From an uncultured bacterium (GTDB taxonomy: Bacteria > Oederibacteriota > JAAXVQ01 > JAUVAV01): a stretch of 64,000 nucleotides of DNA. The translations under genes were made by a program, and so were the position numbers. Location: the NCBI GenBank assembly GCA_963710755.1, contig CAVQBK010000013.1:448001-512000 (forward strand), in the 5' to 3' direction. Numbering within the stretch: position 1 is the first letter of the stretch; every line of letters begins with the position of its first letter. The notes below the pieces were generated by a model. It did not search any database, was not told the DNA's origin, and was given only the letters and a program-made list of their open reading frames with translations. Below are positions 39,192-52,084 of the stretch, in pieces.

Positions 39192-39417
39192 GATTTATCC
39201 CAATTTATTGGATAATCATATATAGGCAGAAATTAAGAAAATCAAGCTGATGGTGCTTGTTTAAACTTTTCGGGTGAATGACATTCAAATGCAACCAAGT
39301 TTTTTGACCAAATTGAAACGTCGTTATTTTAAAGTCACGGTAGGATCGCGCATTTACCCGTTTTGTCTTTAATCCAACCTGATGTTCTTTCTTTCTGCCT
39401 CCTTCAGGAGGTTTTAA

Positions 39418-40977
39418 GTGATCGTCACAATCGTATTAGCCGCTTTTCTCGCATTAGCCGCAGGTGTAGGACTGGGCATTTTCATTCAAAAATCAAATGC
39501 ATCCAAGAAAATATCTTCTGCTGAACTGCAAGCCAAAACCATCTTACAAAACGCTGAAAAAGAAATCGAAACCAAACGCCGCGAAGCTATTGTGGAAGCC
39601 AAAGACAAGGTGTATAAAGAACGCCTGGATCTGGAAGAACAAACCAAGGCCCGCCGGCAAGAATTGCAAATCCTGGAAAAACGCCTTTTACAAAAGGAAG
39701 AAACCTTGGAACGACGGATTGACAGCCTTGACCGCCGGGACCTGGAATTGCAAAACCGCGAGGATAATCTGAAAAAACAAAAAGATGAGCTGGGTTCCAA
39801 ACAAAACAAATTGGACAGCCTGATCGAAGAACAGAAAGAAAAACTGGAAAATATATCGGGCCTGACCGCTGATAACGCCAAAAAATTGCTGATTGAAACC
39901 ATGACCAATGAAGCCCGCCATGACGGTGCCCGCTTGATTAAAAATATTGAAGAAGAAGCCAAGGAAAATGCCGACCGCAAGGCTAAACGTATTATCACCA
40001 TGGCCATTCAGCGTAATGCCTCCGATTTCACAGTTGAAAACACCATTTCCGTGGTACAGCTGCCCAATGATGAAATGAAAGGCCGCATCATTGGCCGCGA
40101 AGGCCGCAATATCCGGGCCTTGGAACAAGCTACAGGTGTGGATTTGATTGTTGATGATACCCCGGAAGCCGTCATTATTTCCGGTTTTGATACCGTACGC
40201 CGTGAAATTGCCCGTTTAGCCCTGGAAAAATTACTGGCTGACGGCAGAATTCACCCGGCCCGTATCGAGGATGTGGTGGCCAAAGCCCAGCAGGAAGTGG
40301 AGCAAATGATCAAGGAAGCCGGTGAACGGGTCATGCTGGAAACCGGTGTGACCGGTCTGCATCCCGAAGTTATCCGCACCCTGGGAAGGCTCCGTTACCG
40401 CACCAGTTACGGCCAAAATGTACTCCAGCACTCTATCGAGGTCTCCCTTTTGGCTGCAGCCATGGCTGCGGAATTAAAAGCAGACTTACATTTAGCGGCC
40501 CGGGCAGGGCTGTTGCATGATCTGGGCAAAGCCGTGGACCATGAAATAGAAGGCGGCCATGCCACCATTGGTGCTGACCTGGCCACCAAATACAACGAAC
40601 CCACTTCCGTAGTGCATTGTATTGCCGCCCACCATGGCGAAGTGGAATTCCAAAGCTTGGAAGCGGTTCTGGTCCAGGCTGCGGATGCTATCTCCGCCTC
40701 CCGTCCCGGTGCCAGACGGGAAAACGTGGAAACTTACATTAAACGCCTGAAAAAGTTGGAAGATATTTCCATGTCCTTTGGCGGTGTGGAAAAAGCTTAC
40801 GCCATTCAGGCTGGACGCGAATTAAGAATTCTGGTTAAAGAAACCGAAATCAGTGATGACGATGCCATTCTGTTGGCCAAGGATATTGCCAATAAAGTTG
40901 AGGAAGAATTGGAATATCCCGGCCAAATCAAGGTGACCGTGATCCGCGAATCAAGAGCAGTAGAATATGCCAAATAA
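39418..40977 (+). CDS. rny: Ribonuclease Y
   Basis: N-terminal TM, coiled coil, KH ([13 protein letters not shown]), HD (LLHDLGK), ends RAVEYAK. Confidence 0.98.
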   Translation: MIVTIVLAAFLALAAGVGLGIFIQKSNASKKISSAELQAKTILQNAEKEIETKRREAIVEAKDKVYKERLDLEEQTKARRQELQILEKRLLQKEETLERRIDSLDRRDLELQNREDNLKKQKDELGSKQNKLDSLIEEQKEKLENISGLTADNAKKLLIETMTNEARHDGARLIKNIEEEAKENADRKAKRIITMAIQRNASDFTVENTISVVQLPNDEMKGRIIGREGRNIRALEQATGVDLIVDDTPEAVIISGFDTVRREIARLALEKLLADGRIHPARIEDVVAKAQQEVEQMIKEAGERVMLETGVTGLHPEVIRTLGRLRYRTSYGQNVLQHSIEVSLLAAAMAAELKADLHLAARAGLLHDLGKAVDHEIEGGHATIGADLATKYNEPTSVVHCIAAHHGEVEFQSLEAVLVQAADAISASRPGARRENVETYIKRLKKLEDISMSFGGVEKAYAIQAGRELRILVKETEISDDDAILLAKDIANKVEEELEYPGQIKVTVIRESRAVEYAK

Positions 40978-40989
40978 GGCCGATAGTTG

Positions 40990-41778
40990 ATGAAACTATT
41001 ATTTATCGGAGACATTATCGGCGCGCCGGGCCGGGAAACGGTCCGGCGCCTGCTGCCCGGCCTTAAGGCTGCCCACCAACCGGATCTCACTATTGCCAAT
41101 GGAGAAAACGGGGCTGCCGGTTTTGGCCTGACCCCCAATGTGATCGCCGAATTGTATCAGGACGGCATTGACGTGCTGACTTCGGGCAATCATATTTGGG
41201 ATAAAAAACCCGTTTTCGATTGCATAATCAAGGAAACACGCCTGCTTAGGCCGGCCAACTATCCCGACGGCACCCCCGGACGGGGTTGGGGAATCTTTGA
41301 ACCGCAGCTGGGCAAACCCAAAATTGGAATCATCAATTTGGAAGGCCGGGTCTTCATGCACCCCCTGGATAATCCTTTTCCGCTGGCCAAAAAAATCATT
41401 GCTGAAATCCGGAAAGAAACCCCCATTATTTTTGTGGATTTCCATGCTGAAGTAACTTCCGAAAAACGGGCTTTAGGCTGGTTTCTGGATGGCCAGGTCA
41501 GCGCGGTCATTGGCACCCATACCCATATTCAAACTGCCGATGAAGAAGTTCTTCCCAAGGGTACAGCTTACCTGACTGATGCCGGCATGACCGGAGGACG
41601 TGATTCTATCATTGGCGTGGAAAAAGAGGATGTGATCAAACGCTTTCTCACCCAGATGCCCACCCGATTCACCCCTGCCAAAAAAGACTGTTGGCTTAAT
41701 GGCGCGGTAGTCACCATTGATCCTGAAACCGGCAAAGCCCTTCACATCGAACGTCTGCAATGCCCGCTTGACTCCTGA
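40990..41778 (+). CDS. ymdB: YmdB/TIGR00282 metallophosphoesterase
   Basis: GDIIG, NGEN, GNH, DFHAE, GTHTH. Confidence 0.95.
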   Translation: MKLLFIGDIIGAPGRETVRRLLPGLKAAHQPDLTIANGENGAAGFGLTPNVIAELYQDGIDVLTSGNHIWDKKPVFDCIIKETRLLRPANYPDGTPGRGWGIFEPQLGKPKIGIINLEGRVFMHPLDNPFPLAKKIIAEIRKETPIIFVDFHAEVTSEKRALGWFLDGQVSAVIGTHTHIQTADEEVLPKGTAYLTDAGMTGGRDSIIGVEKEDVIKRFLTQMPTRFTPAKKDCWLNGAVVTIDPETGKALHIERLQCPLDS

Positions 41779-41915
41779 TTGACCGTACCTGACCCCGGAT
41801 GACCCGAGGAAAAAACGTTAAAAAAAAGCCAAGAGAATTCAGGAACAACGAATCCTATCCATTGCCTTGAATCCCCTTGGCCCTGTTTTTTAAATCACAA
41901 ACCGCCAACCAGCCT

Positions 41916-42551
41916 CTAGTTTATAGCTTTAGCTGTCTTAACCGGCGTTGGCAGCAAATAGATTTCTTTGGCCTGCAGGTGCCCGTCGATCTCCAGATAC
42001 AACACTCTGGCCTTGCGTTCCATGAGCAAGGCTTGCCGAGCTGCTTTCTTTTCCGTAAGTAAAGCGGTTTTATCGGTACTCTTCAATTCAACAGCCTGAT
42101 GATAGCGGTTGATGATCGTCAACGGTTCAGTCTTGATGATCTGACCTTTAATGGCAGTGGTTTTGGCTTGAGCGCCAAAAGCATCTCCTGACCGGGTTTT
42201 CTTGAGAGGTTTAAAAGTCTGGTCTTGCAACACAGTCAGTTTGGACAAAATAATCTGATGATGCTGTCCCTTGCCCTGCGCCAGCACCACCGTGTTTGGC
42301 GTCAACGCACTGTTGGTGATGGGTCTTGCTTCTTTAATAGCAGTTTGGTCATCGATCATAAAGCTTTTTTGGGATTTTTTACTGCCCTGTAGGGTGAGTT
42401 CCCCCTTTTCACTGAAATGGACGATCTTGCCGGTATAAGCCCTAACCTTGGGCTGTGCGCTTTTAGCCTGAGCCATGGTCACCTGGCCGGCTAAAAGCAT
42501 GAGCAATGATAGTCCTGCAATCCCTGCGTGTTTCATTCCCTTTACCTTCAT
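41916..42551 (-). CDS. Exported basic protein with repeated OB-like (DUF5666-like) beta domains
   Basis: Signal peptide; two G.I....LT. beta repeats; GGAGG RBS. Confidence 0.65.
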   Translation of the reverse strand: MKVKGMKHAGIAGLSLLMLLAGQVTMAQAKSAQPKVRAYTGKIVHFSEKGELTLQGSKKSQKSFMIDDQTAIKEARPITNSALTPNTVVLAQGKGQHHQIILSKLTVLQDQTFKPLKKTRSGDAFGAQAKTTAIKGQIIKTEPLTIINRYHQAVELKSTDKTALLTEKKAARQALLMERKARVLYLEIDGHLQAKEIYLLPTPVKTAKAIN

Positions 42552-42593
42552 TCGTACACCTCCAATAAATTAGTTGAATTGCTGGTTAAGGAA

Positions 42594-42621
42594 TAGACAG
42601 GGGAAATTTATTTTTCTTTCA
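42594..42621 (-). promoter_or_regulatory. Putative ECF-sigma promoter
   Basis: TGAAAG-N16-TGTCTA upstream of 42551, resembling the TGAAAC/CGTCTA ECF consensus. Confidence 0.45.
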
Positions 42622-42684
42622 CTTTAATTTTATGAAGGGAAAAAAAACTATGCCCGTGATGAAGGGAGGACGTATGAAAGGACC

Positions 42685-43665
42685 TCAGGGTGCCAGGTCT
42701 TGTTCAATCTCCGCCAGCCATTCTGGTTGGCCGTTGAGATCATGGAGCAATTGTTCCAACCGTTGAGGCGCTTCTTGCCGGACACTCTGATTAAGACTTT
42801 GCCGAATGCGCACCGCCAAAGTCCGGCTGTTCTGTTCAGGCATGAAATGCATCAGACTCACAAGCAGCCCGGGATTAAGGGTGTGCTTTTGGGCCAGAGT
42901 CAAACACTGCTCTGGGGTTATTTTTTTCCGGAGATGATAGTGATTGATCATGCGACTTAAATACTGTTGGTCCCAGCCTTGACTGGACTCCAACGCCGGC
43001 CGGGGCAACTTGACGGAGGTACTGCCACCCGTCGAAGGAGCCATGCGGTCATTATTAGCACTGATGCGGTTTTTGTGACCTCCTTGACCGTAGCGGAAAA
43101 CATGGCCCGGTTTAAGATCCTGGTTAAAACTGCCTGCCGGCAGCTGGTTGACGTTCAGCCCATTGATCTCGTTTGGCGCTGCTGATCTAAAAGATTGCCC
43201 GGTCGCTTGGCCTTGGTACTGTGGCATATCCATATCCATTCCCTTGGCTGCGGCCTTGACCATGTCCAGACTTTCCTGGGCCTGATTAATCGCTTGCTGG
43301 TTGTGGTGATCCTGATAAACAAAATAAGTGATCAACCCTGCCAGTACAGTACCGCTTATCAGATAGTTCATCCAAGAACGTTTTATAAATCCCGGACCGC
43401 CACCAGGACTTCCGCCGGATGATTGATCCGGTCCTCCTTGTGGATGTTTGAGTTTCTTTAATATTTCATCACGAAAACCTTCCGGTACTTTGAGGGGCGC
43501 AGGCCGGGTGGCCGAGATTTTGGCATTAAAAGCCTTCATGGTCTCGGCTTCTTTACGCAACGCAGGATCTTTGGCCAGCATCGCTTCCATCTGCCGCTTC
43601 TGGGCCTCATTGACTTCCCCGTCCAAATAGGCGGATAACATTTCCAAAGTCTTTTTATTTATCAT
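42685..43665 (-). CDS. Membrane anti-sigma factor
   Basis: LSAYLDGE anti-sigma domain (no HxxxCxxC), single TM, extracytoplasmic tail; TAATG overlap with the sigma gene. Confidence 0.85.
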   Translation of the reverse strand: MINKKTLEMLSAYLDGEVNEAQKRQMEAMLAKDPALRKEAETMKAFNAKISATRPAPLKVPEGFRDEILKKLKHPQGGPDQSSGGSPGGGPGFIKRSWMNYLISGTVLAGLITYFVYQDHHNQQAINQAQESLDMVKAAAKGMDMDMPQYQGQATGQSFRSAAPNEINGLNVNQLPAGSFNQDLKPGHVFRYGQGGHKNRISANNDRMAPSTGGSTSVKLPRPALESSQGWDQQYLSRMINHYHLRKKITPEQCLTLAQKHTLNPGLLVSLMHFMPEQNSRTLAVRIRQSLNQSVRQEAPQRLEQLLHDLNGQPEWLAEIEQDLAP

Positions 43666-44279
43666 TACCAACCGCCTTGCTTACCAATGATCTTCTTAAG
43701 GCGTTGCCGGGCACGATACAACCCTGAGCAGACCGTGCTTACCGGAATTTGCATAATCTCCGCAATGGCTTCATAACTCAGTTCTTCATAATGGCGCAGG
43801 ATGATCATTTGCTGCTGATCCTGCGGCAGGTGGGCAATGGCATCATGAATGGTCATGGCCAGCTGCTTGTCTTCCAACACCTGGTCAGCAGGTTTGATTT
43901 TTTGGTCCGCCTGCTGTAAAGGCGGATCGTCTCCCCCATGTTCATCAAAAGATAAATGCTTATAATAATATTGCCGTTTTCTTTTCTCGATGACATTTAA
44001 GCAATGATTACTGGTAATTTTATACAGCCAGGTTTTGAAGGACGATTCGCCTTTAAACATATTAATTTTTTTAAATACCTTAATGAAAATTTCCTGGGCG
44101 GCTTCCACTGCCGTCTGGTAATCCGTCAAATAACGGGCAGCTTGATTTAACACCCGTTCTTCATGACGGCTGATCAGGATGTTAAAAGCTTCCAAATCAC
44201 CATTTTGACAACAGGCGATCAGTTCTTCTTCATCCATGGTTTCATAAGCCGAACTTTTTGGCACCCGATTTTCCTTCAT
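43665..44279 (-). CDS. ECF RNA polymerase sigma factor
   Basis: FKGESSFKTWLYKI region 2; LSYEAIAEIMQIPVSTV..LYRAR region 4. Confidence 0.95.
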   Translation of the reverse strand: MKENRVPKSSAYETMDEEELIACCQNGDLEAFNILISRHEERVLNQAARYLTDYQTAVEAAQEIFIKVFKKINMFKGESSFKTWLYKITSNHCLNVIEKRKRQYYYKHLSFDEHGGDDPPLQQADQKIKPADQVLEDKQLAMTIHDAIAHLPQDQQQMIILRHYEELSYEAIAEIMQIPVSTVCSGLYRARQRLKKIIGKQGGW

Positions 44280-44280
44280 C

Positions 44281-45174
44281 TCATAACCCTTCAATAAAGC
44301 GTAATAGGATGGGACCGAACAATATAATAAAGATTATAGGAAATATGAACACAATTAAAGGAAAAAGAATTTTAACCGGTGCTTCCAACGCACGTTTTTC
44401 AATTTTCTGGCTGTATTTGCTGCGCAATTGCACCGCCTGATCTTTCAGGGCATGAGTAATACCAATACCCATTTTCTCCGCCTGAATTAAGGCAGAGGAA
44501 AAAGTTCTGAATTCAATATCGTCAATGCGGCTGGCCAAATCTTTGAGTGCATCCCCTCTTGCCCGGCCCATGGTCACAGCCCGCCTCAATTCCCGCAGTT
44601 CCTCCGCCAAATAACCTTGGTGGCCACGGTCCAGCACGACATTGAGGGCCTGGTCAAATCCCAACCCTGCCTCCAGGCACGCTGCCAGTAAATCCAGCAT
44701 ATTAGGCAAGTCTGTCATAATCCTGCTCAGCCTATGGCGCTGCTTTTCCGCCAACCAGAGGTCGGGCAGGTAAAACCCCACTACTGCTCCGGTCAGGGTG
44801 CCCAGCCATGTAGTCCAAATCACACTGCCTGCTATCCCCCCTATAACAGTGCTGAGCTCTTTCAAAGCCCACCATGAGGCAGGACCGCCCTGGTGCCACT
44901 GCGGAAGAAATGCAATTTTTCTTTCCATCTTCTGACGCCATGGCTTTGACAGCCAGGAATCCTGAAAGGATCCTAAAAGATTTATCAATTTAAACCACCG
45001 GTTTCTGATGGACCGAGCCGTGCGCACTCCGCTGTCCAGCAGCTCCTGGCCCCGGCTCACAGCCAGAGCATGACGCTTAAACCGCCGTTGCTGCAGGCTG
45101 GCATTTAGCCACAATAGGAACAAGAGCGCACTGAAAAATATCAAGGCCGGGATCAACCATTCGAACATGAGCAC
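44281..45174 (-). CDS. tadC: Tad pilus assembly protein TadC
   Basis: LPNMLDLL..EAGLGFDQAL, APVKILFPL. Confidence 0.9.
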   Translation of the reverse strand: MLMFEWLIPALIFFSALLFLLWLNASLQQRRFKRHALAVSRGQELLDSGVRTARSIRNRWFKLINLLGSFQDSWLSKPWRQKMERKIAFLPQWHQGGPASWWALKELSTVIGGIAGSVIWTTWLGTLTGAVVGFYLPDLWLAEKQRHRLSRIMTDLPNMLDLLAACLEAGLGFDQALNVVLDRGHQGYLAEELRELRRAVTMGRARGDALKDLASRIDDIEFRTFSSALIQAEKMGIGITHALKDQAVQLRSKYSQKIEKRALEAPVKILFPLIVFIFPIIFIILFGPILLRFIEGL

Positions 45175-45184
45175 ATCCTTTTCT

Positions 45185-46068
45185 TCAAGGCCTGATCGTG
45201 GCCACTTTGTTAATGAAATAAGCGCCTAATACTTCCAGCACCAAACAAACTCCTAGCAAGCCCAATCCCAGGGGATGTTTGAAAAAGGGCATCATCAGTT
45301 CAGGCTCAAACAGCGTCAACGCCAACGTCAGAAAAACAGGTAAAAGCCCCACCACCCAGCCTGACAACCGCCCCTGGGCCGTAAGCGTTTCCACCCGTGT
45401 GCGCAGACGGAACCGCTCGCGAATGGTGGCAATCAGCCGCTCCGTGACCGCGGGCAAGTTGGCGCCTGTACGCAGGGACACGCCGCTGGCAATGACGAAT
45501 AATTCCCAATCCGGATTAGGCCAACGGACCAACATTTTCTCCAGCGCCTCCTCCGGCGCCACGCCCAAACGGCAATCACGGATTACCCGCTGCAGTTCGC
45601 CTGCCATGGGCATTGCGGCTTCCTGAGCCGTGCTTTCCAAGGCCTGAAGTAAGGACAAGCCGGCTTTCATGGCCCCCATCATCATTTCCAACATGTCCGG
45701 CAATTGCAATTCCAATTTTTTCAGACGTTGTTTTTTCAACCACCGGACCCAGAGCCCGGGCGTGGCCAGGCCCAAAACAGACAGCAACAGGCTTAGTCCA
45801 TAGGTTTTGGGCTCGGTCCATTGCAACTTTGACAGCAGTAACCCCAATAAGAAGCCTGCCCCGGCCCCCATCAGGCTTAGGGATTTCAGTCGTGCCAGTT
45901 CTTGTTGCCTTCCCTGGTCCAGCGCCAAGCCGGCCAGATGACGTTCATAATAGCGTCGCCAAGCCTGGCCCAGGGCCTTAAAGCTTTTAATTAGCTGAGG
46001 TATACCCAGCTGCTGCACGATCAGCCAAGTGGCCACAAACACCAGGATAAGCGCCAAGTATTTGAGGA

Positions 46069-46072
<4 letters not shown>
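45185..46072 (-). CDS. tadB: Tad pilus assembly protein TadB
   Basis: QLPDML..KAGLSL.QAL, GANL, TAQGRLS. Confidence 0.9.
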
Positions 46073-48180
<2,108 letters not shown>

Positions 48181-48188
48181 GTTTAACG

Positions 48189-49139
48189 TCAGCCTCCGAT
48201 GATCTGCGGTGTCACGAAGATGACCAATTCCGAAGTTTCCTTGCTGTAGCGGGTGGATTTAAACAATTGTCCGATGATGGGAATATCGGAAAGGACGGGC
48301 ACCCCCTGGTTGAGGGTTTGATTTTTTTCTTGAATTAAGCCGCCTATGACCACGGTGGAACGCGGTTTTACCTGGATGGTCGCAGAGGCCCAGCGAGTCT
48401 TGATGGCCGGGTTGCCCTGCACCAGATGAGTAAAATCCACATCCGACACTTCAGCCCGCACATCCACATTGATTTCATCATCACCCATGACCGTAGGCAA
48501 AATGTCAAGTTTTACGCCGTATGATTTCCAACTCACACTGACTTGACTGAGTTCATTAACCACGGGCACCGGAATTTCCCCACCCGAGGAAAACTGCGCT
48601 GCCTTGCCTGACAAGCTCACCAGTTTGGGCTTGGCCAAGATCTTGGCATGTCCTTTTTCCACCAGCAGCTTAAGTGCCAGCGCCAGCTGACCGCGCTCCA
48701 AGGTCCCAATGGCTTTCAAGGGCGCCGTGGTTTCCCTCAAGGTCAACTGGGTCGCACTGCCGACCATTTTTTCCCAGTCAAAACCCACGTCCAGGCCGTC
48801 CGTCTTGGTTAATTCCATGACCTGCACATCCACCTGCACCATGACATTGTCCGATTTGGATGGTTTGACGATCACCATGGAAATATCCTTGCGCCCGTTT
48901 TTTTTCCAGACAATGAGGGAGGTCGACCCGGCCGTCTTGCCGGTTATCAGCAGTTCATCATCACTGATTTGTTTGACATCGGCCACATCGGAATTGCCGA
49001 TGGCTACTTTTTCCATCTCAATTTTTTTAATCACCTTGGCGCTGCCGGCGGTCAAATCAATATCCGCTCCGGCCAGAGCCAGGGCATAAAGCCCCCCAAC
49101 CACCAGACCCAAGATCAGTCCTATCCTGCTTGCGCTCAT
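48189..49139 (-). CDS. cpaC: Compact CpaC/RcpA-type secretin
   Basis: VAIGN..VADV N-domain; LAKPKL, GGEIP, VPVLSDIPIIGQLFKS, ELVIFVTP. Confidence 0.85.
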   Translation of the reverse strand: MSASRIGLILGLVVGGLYALALAGADIDLTAGSAKVIKKIEMEKVAIGNSDVADVKQISDDELLITGKTAGSTSLIVWKKNGRKDISMVIVKPSKSDNVMVQVDVQVMELTKTDGLDVGFDWEKMVGSATQLTLRETTAPLKAIGTLERGQLALALKLLVEKGHAKILAKPKLVSLSGKAAQFSSGGEIPVPVVNELSQVSVSWKSYGVKLDILPTVMGDDEINVDVRAEVSDVDFTHLVQGNPAIKTRWASATIQVKPRSTVVIGGLIQEKNQTLNQGVPVLSDIPIIGQLFKSTRYSKETSELVIFVTPQIIGG

Positions 49140-49157
49140 GTTCCCTCCTGCTTAAAA

Positions 49158-49973
49158 CTATTGAATCCCCCGGATAATTTGTACCGGTTTTTTCTCAGGT
49201 TTGATGTCTTCCTTGGGCACACGCATCAATGGCCCCAAAAGCTTGCCTAGATGCTGATCTCCCAAATGGACCACACTATCGTCGGTGCTGGCGCGCAGGG
49301 TCAGTTTGAGGATGCCTTCCTGTTCCGCCAGGGCCAGGCGCAGGGCATCCTCCGGGGAGAGTGCCAGACTGAGCACCACCTCTTCCATGCGCGGCGCTGG
49401 TACTTCTTCCTGTTCACCACCACCGGACAGGTTGATACTTTTCGTCCCCACCGAAGCAACCATTACTTTCTGCGCCAGCAACACGGTGGTGGTCCTTTTC
49501 TGATTTCTGAATTCATGGTCAAAAGTGCCCAGCACATCCACCATGTTGCCCGGTTGGAGCTGGCCGCCCACGGCCGCAGCCGGTGGCAGACTGAAGGCAC
49601 AGAGGCGTTCCCCGTTTTGAATGACACTGGCCAAGCCCGGCGTGAGAGAGGATAGTTTATTGGGCAGAATTTGCTCGCCCTTGGCGATATCCACCAGGGC
49701 AATTTGGTTTTTGTAGGTTTTCCAGAGCGCCACGACATCTTCATGGGTAGCTCCGGCAATAGCACCAGGCATGACATAGGCGCCGGGAATTTTGTTGATC
49801 ACCACTTTATTGGCCAATAAGCGTGCACCGCGGGCAATAGGGCTTTTAGCCATGAGCACGTGCATGGGCGTGATACCGGCATTGATGGCGGCTTCTTTCT
49901 CTGAAATGTAATAATAGGTTAGCACGGCCGCCAAGGCTGCCAGCACAATAGCCGCAAGCATTTGTTTGTTCAT
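49158..49973 (-). CDS. cpaB: Flp pilus assembly protein CpaB/RcpC
   Basis: TM, SAF domain, VGGQLQPGNMVDVL, L.LTLR. Confidence 0.88.
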   Translation of the reverse strand: MNKQMLAAIVLAALAAVLTYYYISEKEAAINAGITPMHVLMAKSPIARGARLLANKVVINKIPGAYVMPGAIAGATHEDVVALWKTYKNQIALVDIAKGEQILPNKLSSLTPGLASVIQNGERLCAFSLPPAAAVGGQLQPGNMVDVLGTFDHEFRNQKRTTTVLLAQKVMVASVGTKSINLSGGGEQEEVPAPRMEEVVLSLALSPEDALRLALAEQEGILKLTLRASTDDSVVHLGDQHLGKLLGPLMRVPKEDIKPEKKPVQIIRGIQ

Positions 49974-50109
49974 TTCCCCTCCTGACGCCATAATTAATCT
50001 CATGGTTATACCCTATTTTCATTGGATTTTCAAAAAATAAAATACCGCGGCGCCAGAGCGAATAGTTTTCAAACAGAGGCTCGCTATAATCAGGAGTGAG
50101 ATCGGAGAG

Positions 50110-51201
50110 TTACAATGAATAGGGGAAAAAGACCGTGAAGGTGCTGCCTTGACCAGGCTGGCTCTCCACGGTAATAGTGCCGTTAAAGAGATCTACGATT
50201 TTTTTAACAATGTATAAACCCAAACCATGGGATCCCTCCCCGGCGGTTGGCCGATTGGAGGTTTTACCAAAGACCTGGAACAACTTATTTTTATCGCTCT
50301 CACTAATCCCCAGACCATGGTCTTTTACACTCACGGCTACACCTTGGACAGTGCTTTCCACAGCAAGGATAACCTGCGTGCGGCGGTGGGAATAATGGAT
50401 GGCATTGCTTAGCAAATTATTGATCACTTCTTCCAGGCGGATGGGATCAATGGTCAGCATCACCGCCCCGGCTGCAGGCGTAAAAACCAATTCAATATCT
50501 TTTTCCCTGGCCAATTCCACGAAATTAGCCGCCACCATTTGCAGCAACCCATTGACGTCAACCTCCTCCACATGCAGACCAACCTCACCTTGTTCGATGG
50601 CTTGGGCGTCGAGCAGGTCATCGATCAGGGCCAGGGCGTATTTGACACGACGCCTCAGTGTTTCCCCGATGTACTGCACCTGTCCATCCTCATAATGCTG
50701 CAAAATGGCAGCATAACTATGCACGACGGAGAGTGGGTTGCGCATGTCATGCGCCAGAATGCCCATGAGTCTGCTTTTCTCCTGAGAAAGTTTCTCCACG
50801 TCTTTCCAATAGGTAATATCGCGAAAAATTTCGATGGCCCCTACTATTTGCCCTTCATTATTTTTCAAAGGTTTGATATGAGTCTCCACGGGGATGTCGG
50901 CGTCCTGGGCCGTATGCATGTACACCACCGCTGTCTCGGGCCGGTCATGTTCCATGGCCAAAAATGCCGGACACTGCTTTTCGCAGAGATAACAGTCGCT
51001 CTCATCCTTGTGTTTCAAAGGTCCTTCATGACAAAACAAACCCACCATCTGAGAGCGGTTATAACCGGAAATGGTTTCGGCACCACTGTTCCAAAATAAT
51101 ATTTTCCGCTCCCGGTCAATGATGTATACCCCGTCGAATAATTCGTCGAGCAGGCTGGTGGTAACCTCATTAAGAAAGGGAATGCATTCGGTTTTTAGCA
51201 T
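50110..51201 (-). CDS. Cytoplasmic PAS sensor histidine kinase
   Basis: PAS (WNSGAETISGY), H-box AHDMRNPL, NLLSNAI, DHGLG, GLGL; start at ATG 51201. Confidence 0.93.
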   Translation of the reverse strand: MLKTECIPFLNEVTTSLLDELFDGVYIIDRERKILFWNSGAETISGYNRSQMVGLFCHEGPLKHKDESDCYLCEKQCPAFLAMEHDRPETAVVYMHTAQDADIPVETHIKPLKNNEGQIVGAIEIFRDITYWKDVEKLSQEKSRLMGILAHDMRNPLSVVHSYAAILQHYEDGQVQYIGETLRRRVKYALALIDDLLDAQAIEQGEVGLHVEEVDVNGLLQMVAANFVELAREKDIELVFTPAAGAVMLTIDPIRLEEVINNLLSNAIHYSHRRTQVILAVESTVQGVAVSVKDHGLGISESDKNKLFQVFGKTSNRPTAGEGSHGLGLYIVKKIVDLFNGTITVESQPGQGSTFTVFFPYSL

Positions 51202-51271
51202 CCTGCCTCCGCAGATGAGCATAATTAAGGGAGTATCGGAGAACTCAAGGTAAATCTTGAAGAAGCCAATT

Positions 51272-51829
51272 TCAGGAACGGAACATAAGATTGAGGGCAA
51301 TAAACAGCAAAATCAAACCACCCACCATTTCCATACGCCGGCCCAGCCATTGCCCCAAGCGGCAACCCAACACCATGCCCAGGGCAGTCATAAGAAAAGC
51401 CACCACACCAATAACAGCCACAGGAATCCAAATACTGATGTTAAACAGTGAAAGGCTGGTACCAACGGCAAAAGCATCAATGCTGGTGGCCAAAGCCAAA
51501 CCCCACAGACGCCAGCCACTGGTGGGATCATTACGTGCACAGATCGCGTCTGGTTCATTCCTGATACCGGACAGGAACATATGAACCGCCACCAGGATAA
51601 GCAGGGCACCCGCCACCCAGGGGGCGATCAAGCCCATGATTTGGCTGACCACGCGACCAAGACCCCAACCCAATACCGGCATCAGGGCTTGGAAAAAACC
51701 AAAGGCTGCAGCCATGCGCAGGGTTGGGCCCAGGGCTACACGCCCCAATTGGCACCCGCTGCTAAGCGCCACGGCAAAGGCATCCATGCCCAACCCTACA
51801 GCCATGCCCAACATGGTGATCAGAGACAA
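51272..51829 (-). CDS. mntP: Manganese efflux pump MntP
   Basis: LGMDAFAV, FGFFQALMP, ATSIDAFAVG. Confidence 0.92.
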   Translation of the reverse strand: MSLITMLGMAVGLGMDAFAVALSSGCQLGRVALGPTLRMAAAFGFFQALMPVLGWGLGRVVSQIMGLIAPWVAGALLILVAVHMFLSGIRNEPDAICARNDPTSGWRLWGLALATSIDAFAVGTSLSLFNISIWIPVAVIGVVAFLMTALGMVLGCRLGQWLGRRMEMVGGLILLFIALNLMFRS

Positions 51830-51849
51830 AAAAACGGTACCTTCCTTGA

Positions 51850-52056
51850 TTACTTTTGGTCGGAGCGGGTGCTCCCCCCAAAGACTTTATAGATAGGACA
51901 AAACCCGGTAAAACTGGTAACCAGGAAAACAACCGCCAAGATCATCAGCACCACAGCCCAGACCCCGGTAACCCATCCGAGCGCAACTGCGGCCACAAAG
52001 ACCAACGCTAAAACAATTCGCACCGTCTTATCCACTGCGCCTATGTTTTTTGTCAT
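51850..52056 (-). CDS. DUF2892/YgaP-like small membrane protein
   Basis: KNIGAVDKTVR...GFCPIY; AAGGAGG RBS. Confidence 0.88.
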   Translation of the reverse strand: MTKNIGAVDKTVRIVLALVFVAAVALGWVTGVWAVVLMILAVVFLVTSFTGFCPIYKVFGGSTRSDQK

Positions 52057-52084
52057 GTTCCGTCCTCCTTTGATAATGGCCACC

